The notes under the pieces: generated by a model
Databases searched by the model: none
Seen by the model: the letters and a program-made list of their open reading frames with translations, nothing else
Told to the model about the DNA's origin: nothing
Part shown: positions 1-10,341 of the stretch, piece by piece
How the letters are laid out: the number at the start of each line of letters is the position of its first letter
Numbering within the stretch: the first letter of the stretch is position 1
DNA from: Candidatus Omnitrophota bacterium
GTDB lineage: Bacteria; Omnitrophota; Gorgyraeia; Duberdicusellales; 4484-171
Assembly: GCA_023135905.1 (NCBI GenBank)
Contig: JAGLSE010000003.1
Coordinates: 1 to 49,344 of the forward strand
Length of the DNA: 49,344 nucleotides
Reading direction: 5' to 3'
Translations under genes and position numbers: made by a program

Positions 1-300
1 CAAAAATTAAAAATATTATTGTTATGACCTGCTGAATCTAAACGAATCACTTTTATTCTTTTCTTTACCTTTTCACATATTTGAAACATCTTTTTGATCT
101 GTTTTAAAATACCGTCTTGCGGTGAAATATTTCCTGGTCATAAATCCAGTGTCGTATATAAATTTAATTCGGTTCTTTTTTAATTAATGTGATATTGATG
201 GCTAACTTTGTAATATCAACCGTAAAGTATTGATGCGTTTGCCTAACTCATTGATCTGCTTTAGTTTAACTTCTTTGAGGGTTCTTTTTAAGCAATCACA
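1..300 (-). pseudogene. Decayed IS1380-like DDE transposase fragment, running off the left edge
   Basis: Manual minus-strand translation gives RTELNLYTTLDL*PGNISPQDGILKQIKKMFQICEKVKKRIKVIRLDSAGHNNNIFNF. The (R)PGN and RxDSAG motifs are typical of IS1380-family transposases. A TGA at 140-138 replaces the expected Arg. The upstream part is broken and its boundary is approximate. Confidence 0.65.
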
Positions 301-415
301 CAGTAATTTTGACGCTTAAGCAATGATTAAAACCCATTTTCACGTTACTAACTGCGTTACTTAAGGTTATAGAAAAAGTTCCACATTTAGCAAGAAAGAA
401 CTATTTTTATTATAT

Positions 416-1057
416 TTAAGGTATCTTGAAGAGGTATTTTTCTGCTACTTTTATCCCATGATTTTCTTTATTATATGCAAATATTTTTTTAGCCTTGATA
501 AGATTTTTTTCTGCCTTGTTGTATTGTTTTAACTGAAAGTAAGATATTCCCAAACAAAGATATGTAAAAGGGTAGTTAGGGTTTATTCTTTTAGCTTTTA
601 AGAAATAGAATATAGCTTTTTCATAGTTGTTGTTTTCTATGTAATAGAATCCTTTGGATAAATATGAAGCGTGGCTAGGGGCTATAATCCTACTTTTCAT
701 GTCTTTTATCATGTTTAAGGTGACTTGAAGTTCAGAATTGGTATTGTATAATACCAAGCCATTTTTAAGTTCTTTTTCCGCTTTGCTATATTGTTTTTTA
801 TAAGCATATTGGGAAGATTTTTGTATGTATGGTCTATAAGCTATTTCTTCTTCTGGATTGCTGTCTTGTTCAGAAGATTCTTTTTTTTTATTTAAAAGAG
901 GGGTAGACATAATAATATAAGACGTGGTAACTTTTTTAGATAAAAAAGTAGTTATATCAATATTATTTATATGTGAATTTGTTCTTCCAAAGGTTAGAGG
1001 AATAAAAGAAAATATAAGTATATTCACAAAAAATAAAGACATGACATTTTTCAACAT
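416..1057 (-). CDS. TPR-repeat protein with N-terminal signal peptide/membrane anchor
   Basis: Hydrophobic N-terminus (LFFVNILIFSFIPLTFG); TPR patterns YEKAIFYFLKAKRINPNYPFTYLCLGISY and YNKAEKNLIKAKKI. Confidence 0.8.
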   Translation of the reverse strand: MLKNVMSLFFVNILIFSFIPLTFGRTNSHINNIDITTFLSKKVTTSYIIMSTPLLNKKKESSEQDSNPEEEIAYRPYIQKSSQYAYKKQYSKAEKELKNGLVLYNTNSELQVTLNMIKDMKSRIIAPSHASYLSKGFYYIENNNYEKAIFYFLKAKRINPNYPFTYLCLGISYFQLKQYNKAEKNLIKAKKIFAYNKENHGIKVAEKYLFKIP

Positions 1058-1063
1058 GATGTT

Positions 1064-1092
1064 ATTATAATATTATTAAAAATTCAAGTCAA
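1064..1092 (-). promoter_or_regulatory. sigma70-type promoter of the TPR gene
   Basis: Minus strand TTGACT (1092-1087), 17-nt spacer, TATAAT (1069-1064). The predicted +1 falls at about the A of the ATG at 1057. Confidence 0.65.
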
Positions 1093-1190
1093 GGGATATG
1101 ACGTTTTTAAAAATTTGGAAAGTACGTTAATATATTAAGAATATAAACTTTGGTAAAACTAATTGGAGATGAGTAGTTTAAGAATAAAAG

Positions 1191-2225
1191 TTGTTTTTTT
1201 ATGAGTATTTTTGGTTTTCACAAATGAATAATGTCCGTAATATTTATAATTTAGGTATAAGAGTACTTGTAAATAAGGTTTTGAGGGTTAAAACATTACC
1301 TATAGCTTTAAATTGGGCTATTACTTATAGATGTAATCAGGATTGCCTTTATTGTAATCTCAAGTCCTTTCCCCAGAAAGAATTATCTACTATAGAAATA
1401 CTTTCGGCTTTGGATAGGCTGAAAACCCTAAAAATTTCTACACTTTTTTTTACCGGAGGGGAACCTTTGATAAGAGAAGATATTGAAGAAATAATATACC
1501 ACGCCAAAAAAATCAATCATTGTGTATATTTAAATACTAATGGAAGTATAACCCCTTCTCTCTCTTCAGAGATCTTTAGTGTTGATAAAATATTTTTAAG
1601 TTATGAAGGGTCGGAAAATATTCACGATTCTATAAGGGGTGTTGGTAGTTATAAAAAACTTTTAATTTTTTTAAATAAGGCTATTCAGAAAAACAAAAAA
1701 GTACTTCTTCTTTCAACAATTAATAAGGCTAATGTTGATTTTATGGAAGATATTTTAAAGTTTGGTGAGTTTTATAAGATCCCAATAAGATTTCAGCCGC
1801 TTTCCTTGACTAGTTTGGGTGCAAAACAGATTAACCCTTTGCTTCCGGATATTGAAAAATATAGAAAAGCTCTGAATTACTTGATAGATGTAAAGAAAAA
1901 AAAAATATGTACCATTTATAATTCATTAGATACATTGGAATATTATCAAAGCTGGCCTAATCAAAAAAAAATTCTTTGTACAGCCGGAAACTTATTTTTT
2001 CGTGTAGAGCCCGATGGAAAAATTCTTTGTTGCCCTAAAGATAGGAATTTTACGGGAACTTATCTAAGTTCTCCTGATTTAAAAGAAGTATTTAAAAAAT
2101 CGTCATCACAGAAATGTAATGAATGCTGGTGCGCTTCTATTACAGAGCTTAATTGGGTAATGAAATTAAGATGGAAATCTATTTGGAATTTATTTGTGCT
2201 GGAAGGATTTAGAAAATATGGGTAA
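1191..2225 (+). CDS. Radical SAM protein with twitch/SPASM-like C-terminus
   Basis: CNQDCLYC, TGGEPLIRED, C-terminal CTAG..VEPDG..CC and CNECWC. The true start may be the ATG at 1224 rather than the TTG. Confidence 0.9.
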   Translation: MFFYEYFWFSQMNNVRNIYNLGIRVLVNKVLRVKTLPIALNWAITYRCNQDCLYCNLKSFPQKELSTIEILSALDRLKTLKISTLFFTGGEPLIREDIEEIIYHAKKINHCVYLNTNGSITPSLSSEIFSVDKIFLSYEGSENIHDSIRGVGSYKKLLIFLNKAIQKNKKVLLLSTINKANVDFMEDILKFGEFYKIPIRFQPLSLTSLGAKQINPLLPDIEKYRKALNYLIDVKKKKICTIYNSLDTLEYYQSWPNQKKILCTAGNLFFRVEPDGKILCCPKDRNFTGTYLSSPDLKEVFKKSSSQKCNECWCASITELNWVMKLRWKSIWNLFVLEGFRKYG

Positions 2226-2534
2226 TAAACTTATTCATATAAGCTAAAAAGTAATAGTTTGATGATTAAATTTGGGTTGGTTTATTATTTTTTCCCAATG
2301 GTGACGTAATTATAAAGTAACGCGAATTTAAATGAGTACATATAAAAGCTTTTTAATATAAAAAATTTTTATTTTCATTTCTCTGTAATAAAACTTATAT
2401 ATAAGGTTTCTTAATTATGGCTTTTGCCTTCCAGATAAAAAATATTTTTTAAATAGCAAATTTTCAGATAAAGTGTGTATTGAAAAGTTTATAGATCTAA
2501 AATGTATAAGTATTAATAGAATTGGTTAAAAAGA

Positions 2535-3620
2535 ATGTGTAAAAATACCACTCCTCCTAATTTGGAAACTTGGCTAATGCCAATAGATATGTTAAAAAGT
2601 GAAAGATTAATTCAATCCATAGATATTGAACTTTCTAGAGAATGTAACAACTTTTGCATGTATTGTTTTACCAATGCTGGTAAGGCAGTAGATAATGAAT
2701 TGTCAATATCAGAGATCAAAAAAGTTATAAGAGAAGGAAAGGATATTGGCATCAAGCAAGTAGTAATTGTAGGCGGTGGCGAGCCCTTATTGTATAAGGG
2801 ATTGGAAGAAATCATTGATTTTATTAAGAATAATGATTTGGAAATTATAATTTTAACTAATGGTCTGTTACTCGACACAAAAAAATTAGATTATTTTTAT
2901 AAAAATAAGGTACATATTATAATAAAACTCAATGCTATAAATGATGGCCAAATACATGACTATCTAGTTGGAAAGAATGGTTCTTTTAAAAAGGTTCAAA
3001 AAGTAATATCCAGCGTATTAAAAAAAGGGTATGGCTTGTTGAATAATCCTAAAGTTGCTATAGAAAGCATTATTTGCAAAACAAATATTCAAGAAATATC
3101 TGTGATTTGGCGATGGGCTAGGAATAATAATATTCTTCCGATTATGGAATTGATAACTCCTCAAGGCAGGGCATCTAAGATGAAGGATTTATTTTTGTCT
3201 AAAGAAGAAGCTAACAAGTTGTTTTTTCAACTAAGTGAAATAGATAAGAATGAGTATAATTATGAATGGATACCTGTACCACCTATAGCCGGATTTTTTT
3301 GTAGAAGAAATGATTATAGCTGTTATATTACATCTTGTGGTGATGTTTTTCCTTGTTCTGGGATAGATATTAGTATAGGTAACGTAAGGAACGAATCGTT
3401 GTTGCAAATCCTGGAAGATTCTACTTTAATAAAAAAATTAAGAAAAAGTGATGAGTATTTAGAAGGGGAATGTGGGCGGTGCATTTTAAAGGGTAAATGT
3501 TATGGATGCAGAGGTAAAGCTTATCAAGTATATGGCAATCTGTTTGCTGAAGACCCATTGTGTTGGTTTAAAGGTAAGAACAGGGCAAGTTTAGAAAGAA
3601 TTGTAAGGGAAATTAGCTAA
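2535..3620 (+). CDS. Radical SAM protein with full SPASM domain
   Basis: CNNFCMYC, GGGEPL; SPASM Cys set CRR..CYITSCGDVFPC...CGRC..KCYGCR...DPLCW. Confidence 0.92.
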   Translation: MCKNTTPPNLETWLMPIDMLKSERLIQSIDIELSRECNNFCMYCFTNAGKAVDNELSISEIKKVIREGKDIGIKQVVIVGGGEPLLYKGLEEIIDFIKNNDLEIIILTNGLLLDTKKLDYFYKNKVHIIIKLNAINDGQIHDYLVGKNGSFKKVQKVISSVLKKGYGLLNNPKVAIESIICKTNIQEISVIWRWARNNNILPIMELITPQGRASKMKDLFLSKEEANKLFFQLSEIDKNEYNYEWIPVPPIAGFFCRRNDYSCYITSCGDVFPCSGIDISIGNVRNESLLQILEDSTLIKKLRKSDEYLEGECGRCILKGKCYGCRGKAYQVYGNLFAEDPLCWFKGKNRASLERIVREIS

Positions 3621-3686
3621 ATTACTGATTAGTTTCGGATTGATATCATTTAATGCTAATTTTTTTTAAAATTATGTAAGAGATTT

Positions 3687-5048
3687 ATGAAGAGTCCTTC
3701 TTTAAAAAAGTATATTAAATTTAATCATCAACCTTTTGATTTTATTCGAAAAAAACAATTTTTAAAAATAAAAGAAACTGTTAGTTATGCTTATAATAAC
3801 TCTAAATTCTACAGAAGATTGTATGATAATGCTAAATTGTCCCCTGATAAAATTAAAGAATTTAGTGATTTTGAAAAACTGCCGTTAGTAAGAAGAAAAG
3901 ACCTGCATAAATATAATTGGGATATCCCAGCCGTAAGTAAGGATAAATGGATAGATATTTCCACTACTTCTGGAACTACAGCTAGACCGATTTATTTGCC
4001 TTGGACAAAAAAAGATTTTTTACGATTAGCTCAAATAACTTATATTCTTCATGGTTTGGCCGGCATAAGGAAAAAAGATTTAGTTCAAATTACTTATCCT
4101 TTAGGTATGGGCATGTGGATTGCCGGTTTGCATAATTGGTTGGGGCTGTATAAAAAAGAATCTTGCAGTTTAAGGTTTGGACCTGGGTTCACTGAATCTC
4201 AGTTGCATAATATGGAGAAACTTAGGCCAGATGTTTTATTAGGTTCACCGTCATTTTTATTTAAGCTGGGTGCTTATGCTAAAGATAGAAAAATGCAAAA
4301 AAAAATTAAACCAAGGCTTATTTGTGTTTCAGGAGAGAATATAGTCAATCATGATTTTAAATTTAATGATTTAGGGGTGAAATTAGAAAAAGTATGGGAA
4401 GGAAGCGATATTAGACCGGTTTATGGAGCTAGTGAAGGACCCATTTGCGGTGTGGTTTGCAATAAAGGTCAAGGGTACCATATACCTGCACAATTTTTTT
4501 ATTTAGAAGTTTTAGATATTAAGACTCATAATATTGTAAAACCTGGAAATAGAGGAGTTTTAGCTATTACTGTATTTGATGCTCAAGCTTTCCCTTTGAT
4601 AAGATATGTGTTAGGGGACATCACTTCTAGTTTTGAAGGTCCTTGTCAGTGTGGGTGGAATTCTTTACGGTTAGGACCTATTTTAGGCAGAGTTGACAGA
4701 TTATTAAAAGTGAAGGGAGTATTGATAAATTTGGAAGATATAAGGTCTTTAGTTTTAAAAAATAAAGATGTAGAAATTGCTTATCTGGAAATCATAAAGG
4801 ACGATAATCTTATTGATCAGGTAGTGGTTTATATCAGTTTTAATAATAAATTTGATAATTTTAATAGAAAAAGAGTGAAAGATGATATTAAATTTAAAAT
4901 AAAATCGAAATTTAGGATTAATACAAAAATTTTTGTAAAGTCAAATGAAAAATTACTTAAAAAAGTTTGGTTTACTGAAAAGAATGAGAGACGGCGAAAA
5001 CCGGTTTATATATTTGATGATAGAGGGGCGGGATGGCAAAACAAATAG
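3687..5048 (+). CDS. Phenylacetate-CoA ligase (PaaK/F390)-like adenylate-forming enzyme
   Basis: P-loop TTSGTT, YGASEG, PLIRYVLGDI, CQCG, ILGRVD, KVKGV. Confidence 0.88.
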   Translation: MKSPSLKKYIKFNHQPFDFIRKKQFLKIKETVSYAYNNSKFYRRLYDNAKLSPDKIKEFSDFEKLPLVRRKDLHKYNWDIPAVSKDKWIDISTTSGTTARPIYLPWTKKDFLRLAQITYILHGLAGIRKKDLVQITYPLGMGMWIAGLHNWLGLYKKESCSLRFGPGFTESQLHNMEKLRPDVLLGSPSFLFKLGAYAKDRKMQKKIKPRLICVSGENIVNHDFKFNDLGVKLEKVWEGSDIRPVYGASEGPICGVVCNKGQGYHIPAQFFYLEVLDIKTHNIVKPGNRGVLAITVFDAQAFPLIRYVLGDITSSFEGPCQCGWNSLRLGPILGRVDRLLKVKGVLINLEDIRSLVLKNKDVEIAYLEIIKDDNLIDQVVVYISFNNKFDNFNRKRVKDDIKFKIKSKFRINTKIFVKSNEKLLKKVWFTEKNERRRKPVYIFDDRGAGWQNK

Positions 5049-6508
5049 ATGTTGCTTTAATTGGGACATCCCTTGTTAATTTAGGGATTAGGAGTCTTAA
5101 AGCTAGTTTAAAAGAAATAGGCATTAGTCCTCAGTTATATATTCTCAATACACGCAATCTGACTTACACAGATTCTGAAATAAAACATGTTATTACTGCT
5201 TTAAAAGACCAAGACCCTAAGATTATAGGCCTGTCTTGCATTGAGTATTCAGCTATTAAGGCTAAACAACTAATAAAATCAATAAAATCGAGTGATTTAT
5301 TAAGGAATAAAATTTTGATTGTAGGTGGGGTTCATCCCAGTATTTGTCCTGAAGAATACATTGATTTGGTTGATATTGTTTTAATAGGAGAAGGGGAAAG
5401 AGTTTTTATAGAATTGACTGAAAGTATTTTAAACAATAAAGACTACAGTAGTATAAGTAATTTATGGGTTAGAAATGGCGAAAAAATAATTAAAAATAAA
5501 AAGGGGCCTCTTATAGAAGATTTAGATATTTTGCCTTTGCCGGATTATTCTTCGGGTGTAAATATGTTAGTTTCCGGCAGGTTGGTAAAGTCAAAGAAAG
5601 AGGATTTGAGTGGAAGATATACTCATCTTAAGAAGAAAGCTGTTTTTTTGTTTGGAGTAAGAGGTTGCCCGAAACGCTGTTCTTATTGTATTAATAGCCG
5701 GTATGATAGCTATCAATGGAAAATAAGAAAAGTAAGTATAAATAAAATTGTAGAATATTTGCAAATTTTAAAAAGAAATTTGAAAGAGTTAGACTTTATT
5801 TTTTTTATTGAAGATGACTTTTTTCGGAGGAATCAAGATGAAATTGAAGAATTTTCATTAATGTATAAAAGAAAAATAAATTTACCTTTTTTTATGAACT
5901 GTTCTCCTGAAACAGTCAGTGATATTAAATTAAATATTTTAGTCAAAGCAGGCCTTAAAATATTGAATATGGGAATTCAGAGCGGGAGTGAAAGCGTAAA
6001 TAAAATAATTTTTAATAGGAATATTGATTCCGCTGAAATCATAAGGGCAGGAGGCATAATACATGAATACTCATCTAAAGTCTATCCTATGTATGATGTT
6101 ATAGTAAGCAATCCTTACGAGAGACATGAAGATCTTTTAGGGGGAATTAATTTAATTCAGAAAATACCTAAACCATTCATGCTGCATATCCATTATTTGG
6201 TGTTTTATAAGGGGACGGTACTTTATGATAAAGCTGTCAAAGATGGGCTTATTGATGAAAATTATTTGGAAAGTGGTTACGATTTGCATGTATTAAAACA
6301 GCATTTAAAGAAAAATGAAAATTATTATTTAAACTCATTGATTTCTTGGATGGAAGGTCGTCACACAGCATGGAGACGAGGTTATATCCCAGCTTTTTTT
6401 TTAAAAGTATTAATTATGAAAAAATGTTGTGTTTTTTTTAAAATGTTTCCGAATTTAGTTTTTTTTATAAATATTGTTTTAGATAGAGTGTGTAAAAGGA
6501 AGTCATAG
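5033..6508 (+). CDS. Cobalamin-dependent radical SAM protein
   Basis: B12-binding domain (GGVHPS, GEGE); RGCPKRCSYC; EDDFF; GIQSGS. Confidence 0.92.
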   Translation: MAKQIDVALIGTSLVNLGIRSLKASLKEIGISPQLYILNTRNLTYTDSEIKHVITALKDQDPKIIGLSCIEYSAIKAKQLIKSIKSSDLLRNKILIVGGVHPSICPEEYIDLVDIVLIGEGERVFIELTESILNNKDYSSISNLWVRNGEKIIKNKKGPLIEDLDILPLPDYSSGVNMLVSGRLVKSKKEDLSGRYTHLKKKAVFLFGVRGCPKRCSYCINSRYDSYQWKIRKVSINKIVEYLQILKRNLKELDFIFFIEDDFFRRNQDEIEEFSLMYKRKINLPFFMNCSPETVSDIKLNILVKAGLKILNMGIQSGSESVNKIIFNRNIDSAEIIRAGGIIHEYSSKVYPMYDVIVSNPYERHEDLLGGINLIQKIPKPFMLHIHYLVFYKGTVLYDKAVKDGLIDENYLESGYDLHVLKQHLKKNENYYLNSLISWMEGRHTAWRRGYIPAFFLKVLIMKKCCVFFKMFPNLVFFINIVLDRVCKRKS

Positions 6509-6564
6509 TAGAAAAGTACATATAAAAAATATTTGAGTGTTGGATTGAAAAAAAGAAAGAATTA

Positions 6565-7752
6565 ATGCAATTAATTGTGCCTACAAATTGGGATGACAGT
6601 CTGATAAAAGATTTAGAGGGCTTAAAGGTAAAGGAAGTTTTTGGTAAGCTTCAGTCAGATTGTTTTGGTGGAGGCAGACCCTCAATTTCTTTGCCTTACT
6701 TAACCAAAAAAGCTATGATTCGTCATATAAAGATAATTCATGAGCAGGGATATAAATTTAATTATTTATTGAATTCGGCTTGTATGGGCAATGTGGAGTT
6801 TACTCGTAAAGGACAGAAAAAAATGAGAAAGTTTGTTGATTTTCTAGCCAAAAGCGGAACGGATAGTGTGACAGTTGCCATTCCTTATCTTGCTAATTGG
6901 ATTAATAGAAATTATCCTAATATAAAAGTTAGAGCTTCTGTGGTAGCCAATATTGATTCTATTGAAAAAGCTAAGATGTGGGATAATTTTGGTGTGGATA
7001 GTATAGTTTTGAATATAGACAACAACCGTTCTTTTAGTTTTCTGCGCTTAATGAAAAAAGCTGTAAAATGTAAAATTGTTCTAATGGTTAATTCAGCCTG
7101 TTTATACAATTGTCCTTTATCCCAATATCATTACACATTAGTTTCTCATGGTTCACAGTCTATTCATAAATTAAAAGGATTTCATATTGATTATTGTCTT
7201 ATGTTTTGTTCATGGTATAGATTAACTGATTTATCACAGATTATTCGCTCTGGGTGGATTAGACCTGAAGATTTGGAATATTATGAGGGTTTGGGTATAA
7301 ATAATTTTAAGATAGTAGGTAGAGACCTGTCTAGAGAAAAAATCTATAGTATTGTTAGAGCTTATAGTGAAAGAAATTATCAAGGTAATTTGTTAGATAT
7401 ATTAAGCCCTTTTGCTGGATGGTCATCTTTTGATTTTAAGAAATTCATTAGATGCCTAAAATATATGCTTAGGCCTTCAAAAGTTAATATATTTAAGTTA
7501 TTGAAACTTAGAGATTTACCAAAGAAAAATTTCATATTTATAAACAATGAGAAATTAAAGGGGTTTATTGAAGGATTTCAAAATAGAAATTGTAAACAGT
7601 TAGATTGTAGTGATTGTTTTTATTGTAATGATATCGCAAAGAAAGTTATTGACGTGGATTATGATAGGCTTAATCAAGTAAAGCGAATGTATAAAAAAAT
7701 TTTGGAAGAGATAGAATCTGGAAGTATGTTCACGTTTAAAAAGGCTATTTAA
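6565..7752 (+). CDS. U32 'peptidase'-family Fe-S protein (putative O2-independent hydroxylase)
   Basis: FNYLLNSAC, VRASVVANI, VNSACLYNCP, YC..FC, WIRPEDL, FKIVGR; C-terminal CxxxxCxxCxxC. Confidence 0.8.
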   Translation: MQLIVPTNWDDSLIKDLEGLKVKEVFGKLQSDCFGGGRPSISLPYLTKKAMIRHIKIIHEQGYKFNYLLNSACMGNVEFTRKGQKKMRKFVDFLAKSGTDSVTVAIPYLANWINRNYPNIKVRASVVANIDSIEKAKMWDNFGVDSIVLNIDNNRSFSFLRLMKKAVKCKIVLMVNSACLYNCPLSQYHYTLVSHGSQSIHKLKGFHIDYCLMFCSWYRLTDLSQIIRSGWIRPEDLEYYEGLGINNFKIVGRDLSREKIYSIVRAYSERNYQGNLLDILSPFAGWSSFDFKKFIRCLKYMLRPSKVNIFKLLKLRDLPKKNFIFINNEKLKGFIEGFQNRNCKQLDCSDCFYCNDIAKKVIDVDYDRLNQVKRMYKKILEEIESGSMFTFKKAI

Positions 7753-7825
7753 TTTGTTGAATTCTGTGTGGTAATTATTATCGCATATAAATTTTAATTA
7801 TATATAAGTTAATCTTTAGAATATT

Positions 7826-8536
7826 GTGAAATTGATTGGTGCGTTGTATTTATCTATAGTGGTGCCTATTTTTAATGGCAATAGATATATAGAAAACTTG
7901 TATAGAGAATTAAAAAAGGAATTTAACGGATATGTTGGAAGATACGAAATAATTTTTATCGATGATGCTAGTACAGATGATACCGCTGCGTTATTAGAAG
8001 ATATTTATGCCAGGGATTCTTGTCTTAGAATCGTTAAATTTAAAAAGAATAGAGGACAACACAATGCTATATATACGGGGCTTAAAATAAGCGGAGGAAA
8101 CGTAATTATAGTATTGGATGATGATATGGCTTTTTCTGTAAAAAGCCTATCTTTGTTTGTTGGGGAAATAGAAAAAGGCAAGGATGTTGTTTTAGGCTGG
8201 CGTTTACAAAGAGGAAGTATGTCTATATTTAGAAAAGGAATGTCTTTTATTACAAATTTGATTATATCTTTTTTTGTGGGAGTGAGAATACATGATCCTG
8301 GTTGCGGGGTAAAGTGTTTTAGAAAGGAAATAATAGATATAGAGGGAAATCATTTAAGAGTAATAAAAAATTTATTCAAATATCAATGTAAGGAATTAAA
8401 GATTAAATGTAATAATTTTTCATATAGCAGATATAACTCGTTTAAACTAATTAAGCTTTTTTATGTAGTAATTATGAATATATTTGTTATGAATACTTTG
8501 GTTTATGATGAAGATAATATTATTTTTTTTAAATAA
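7826..8536 (+). CDS. GT2 glycosyltransferase (ArnC/DPM-like polyprenyl-phosphate glycosyltransferase)
   Basis: SIVVPIFN, IDDASTDDT, NRGQHNAI, DDD motif, HDPGCGVKCFR. Confidence 0.85.
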   Translation: MKLIGALYLSIVVPIFNGNRYIENLYRELKKEFNGYVGRYEIIFIDDASTDDTAALLEDIYARDSCLRIVKFKKNRGQHNAIYTGLKISGGNVIIVLDDDMAFSVKSLSLFVGEIEKGKDVVLGWRLQRGSMSIFRKGMSFITNLIISFFVGVRIHDPGCGVKCFRKEIIDIEGNHLRVIKNLFKYQCKELKIKCNNFSYSRYNSFKLIKLFYVVIMNIFVMNTLVYDEDNIIFFK

Positions 8537-8560
8537 TTTAACTAGTTTTAAATATTTAAA

Positions 8561-9559
8561 ATGAGAATAACCGTTAACAAATTTAATAGGAACAGAGATA
8601 ATACGTTGGAATTAAGAACTTTATTGTCTAAAGATTTATTTTATTTTTACCGGGATTATTCTCTGATTGATAGGAAAAAATATATAGATTATTTATTGCA
8701 GGATATTGAAAAAATAGAAAAAAATAATTTTTTAAATGTAATTTTTGTCGCACGAGATAAATATGAATTAGTTGGTGTAATTACCTTAGAGTTTAAGGAA
8801 TGGGATTCCTTATACTTTGATGTTTCAATGGCTAATATAGGGTGCTTTAAAGCAATAGGATCTGAATCAGATATGATTATTATAAAGAGGTCTCTTTTAA
8901 AATCACTCATAAAATATTGTTTAGGAAAAGAGCTTAAAAGATTAAGCCTAAGGATTGATTTAATGGATTTTACCAGTAAGTTTGTTTTAGAAGAATTAGG
9001 ATTTAATATTTTGACTGTTGAAGGAGTAAAAATTTTTGATAAAGTGGAAAAAATAGATAATAACGGGAACAACCTTAAACTGAAATTTCGGGATTTTAAA
9101 AAGGGAGATGCTATACAGTTAAAAAAAATAGCAAAAGATGTATCGGGTCTATTAAAAAGCCATTATTCTTTTGACAAATTGTTACAGATAAAAAAAACAA
9201 ACGATTATTATGTGGAGAATGTGATTAATTGCTGTAAAGGTAAAAATGCTAATAAAATAATTGTTGCTGAAGAAGGGGGTATTATGGCAGGGTTTTTAGC
9301 CTATAAAACATTACCTAATTTTGCAAAGGTAGTAGATATTTCTATGGCTCATGCAATACTTTTTGCTCTTTCTAAATCTTTTAGAGGTAAAGGTATATCT
9401 CATGAGTTTTTTTATGAAATAAATAGAAATGCCTTGAATAGTGTCAATTATCTTATTGGAAGGGTTTATTTGCATAATGCGGGAATGGTGAAATTACTTA
9501 GCAAGTTTAGCGGTAATCCTTTTTTTCGATATTTATACTTTTTTAATAAATGGTTATGA
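8561..9559 (+). CDS. Tandem GNAT acyltransferase (WecD-like)
   Basis: EWDSLYF motif of WecD-like enzymes, LEELGF, C-terminal FRGKGI and N..MV acyl-CoA-binding elements. Confidence 0.7.
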   Translation: MRITVNKFNRNRDNTLELRTLLSKDLFYFYRDYSLIDRKKYIDYLLQDIEKIEKNNFLNVIFVARDKYELVGVITLEFKEWDSLYFDVSMANIGCFKAIGSESDMIIIKRSLLKSLIKYCLGKELKRLSLRIDLMDFTSKFVLEELGFNILTVEGVKIFDKVEKIDNNGNNLKLKFRDFKKGDAIQLKKIAKDVSGLLKSHYSFDKLLQIKKTNDYYVENVINCCKGKNANKIIVAEEGGIMAGFLAYKTLPNFAKVVDISMAHAILFALSKSFRGKGISHEFFYEINRNALNSVNYLIGRVYLHNAGMVKLLSKFSGNPFFRYLYFFNKWL

Positions 9560-10341
9560 AAATAATAGATGATGTTGATGAAATGAATGGAGAAGATTGG
9601 GATAAAGTAATTATGAAGGGAAAACATTATTTGAGGAATAATTTGTTTTGTAAAAAAAAAAATAAAGAGATAATTAGTCTTATTGATAAGTGGGATGAGC
9701 CAGGAAATAAAAAGGTTTTAGTTACGGATTTATTTGAAGATGCTTTGGTCCCCAAGGGCATTTTTGAATGGCTTCAAGGTAGATATCAAATGGTATTTGG
9801 AATTGATATTTCCAAAGAAACAATAAAAAGTTTTTATAGAGATAGAAATATAAATGCAAAAAGATGCTTAGTTTGCGATGTTCGTGAAATATCTTTTAAG
9901 AATAATTCTTTTGATTTAATAGTGTCTGATTCTACTTTAGATCATTTTAAAAATATAGAGTCAGCTTTAACGGAATTATATCGAGTATTAAGACCTGGAG
10001 GTAAATTAATATTAAATCTTAATAATAAGTTTCAATTTTTTTTTTCTTTGAAAATTTGGATAAAAAAAAGATTCAATATAAAAGATTATTCTTATGGATA
10101 TAGTTATTCTTTAAGTTATGCTTATGAATTATTAAAGAGGATAGGTTTTGATATTGATGAGTCTACTTATTTATATTTTTTCCCGCCTTTTTTGAAATTT
10201 TTTATACCTAAGAAGAATAATAAAATTTTGCAGTTTTATGAAAGATGGTTAGACAGATACAATTTATTTGTTAGTAAAAACAAATATCTTAATATATTTA
10301 CGGGTTCTAACTTTGCTATAAAAGCTTTTAAAAAAAAATGA
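9550..10341 (+). CDS. Class I SAM-dependent methyltransferase
   Basis: GIDIS, CDVREISFKNNSFDLIVS, STLDHF, ELYRVLRPGGKLIL; atypical motif I (VTDLFED). Confidence 0.85.
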   Translation: MVMKIIDDVDEMNGEDWDKVIMKGKHYLRNNLFCKKKNKEIISLIDKWDEPGNKKVLVTDLFEDALVPKGIFEWLQGRYQMVFGIDISKETIKSFYRDRNINAKRCLVCDVREISFKNNSFDLIVSDSTLDHFKNIESALTELYRVLRPGGKLILNLNNKFQFFFSLKIWIKKRFNIKDYSYGYSYSLSYAYELLKRIGFDIDESTYLYFFPPFLKFFIPKKNNKILQFYERWLDRYNLFVSKNKYLNIFTGSNFAIKAFKKK

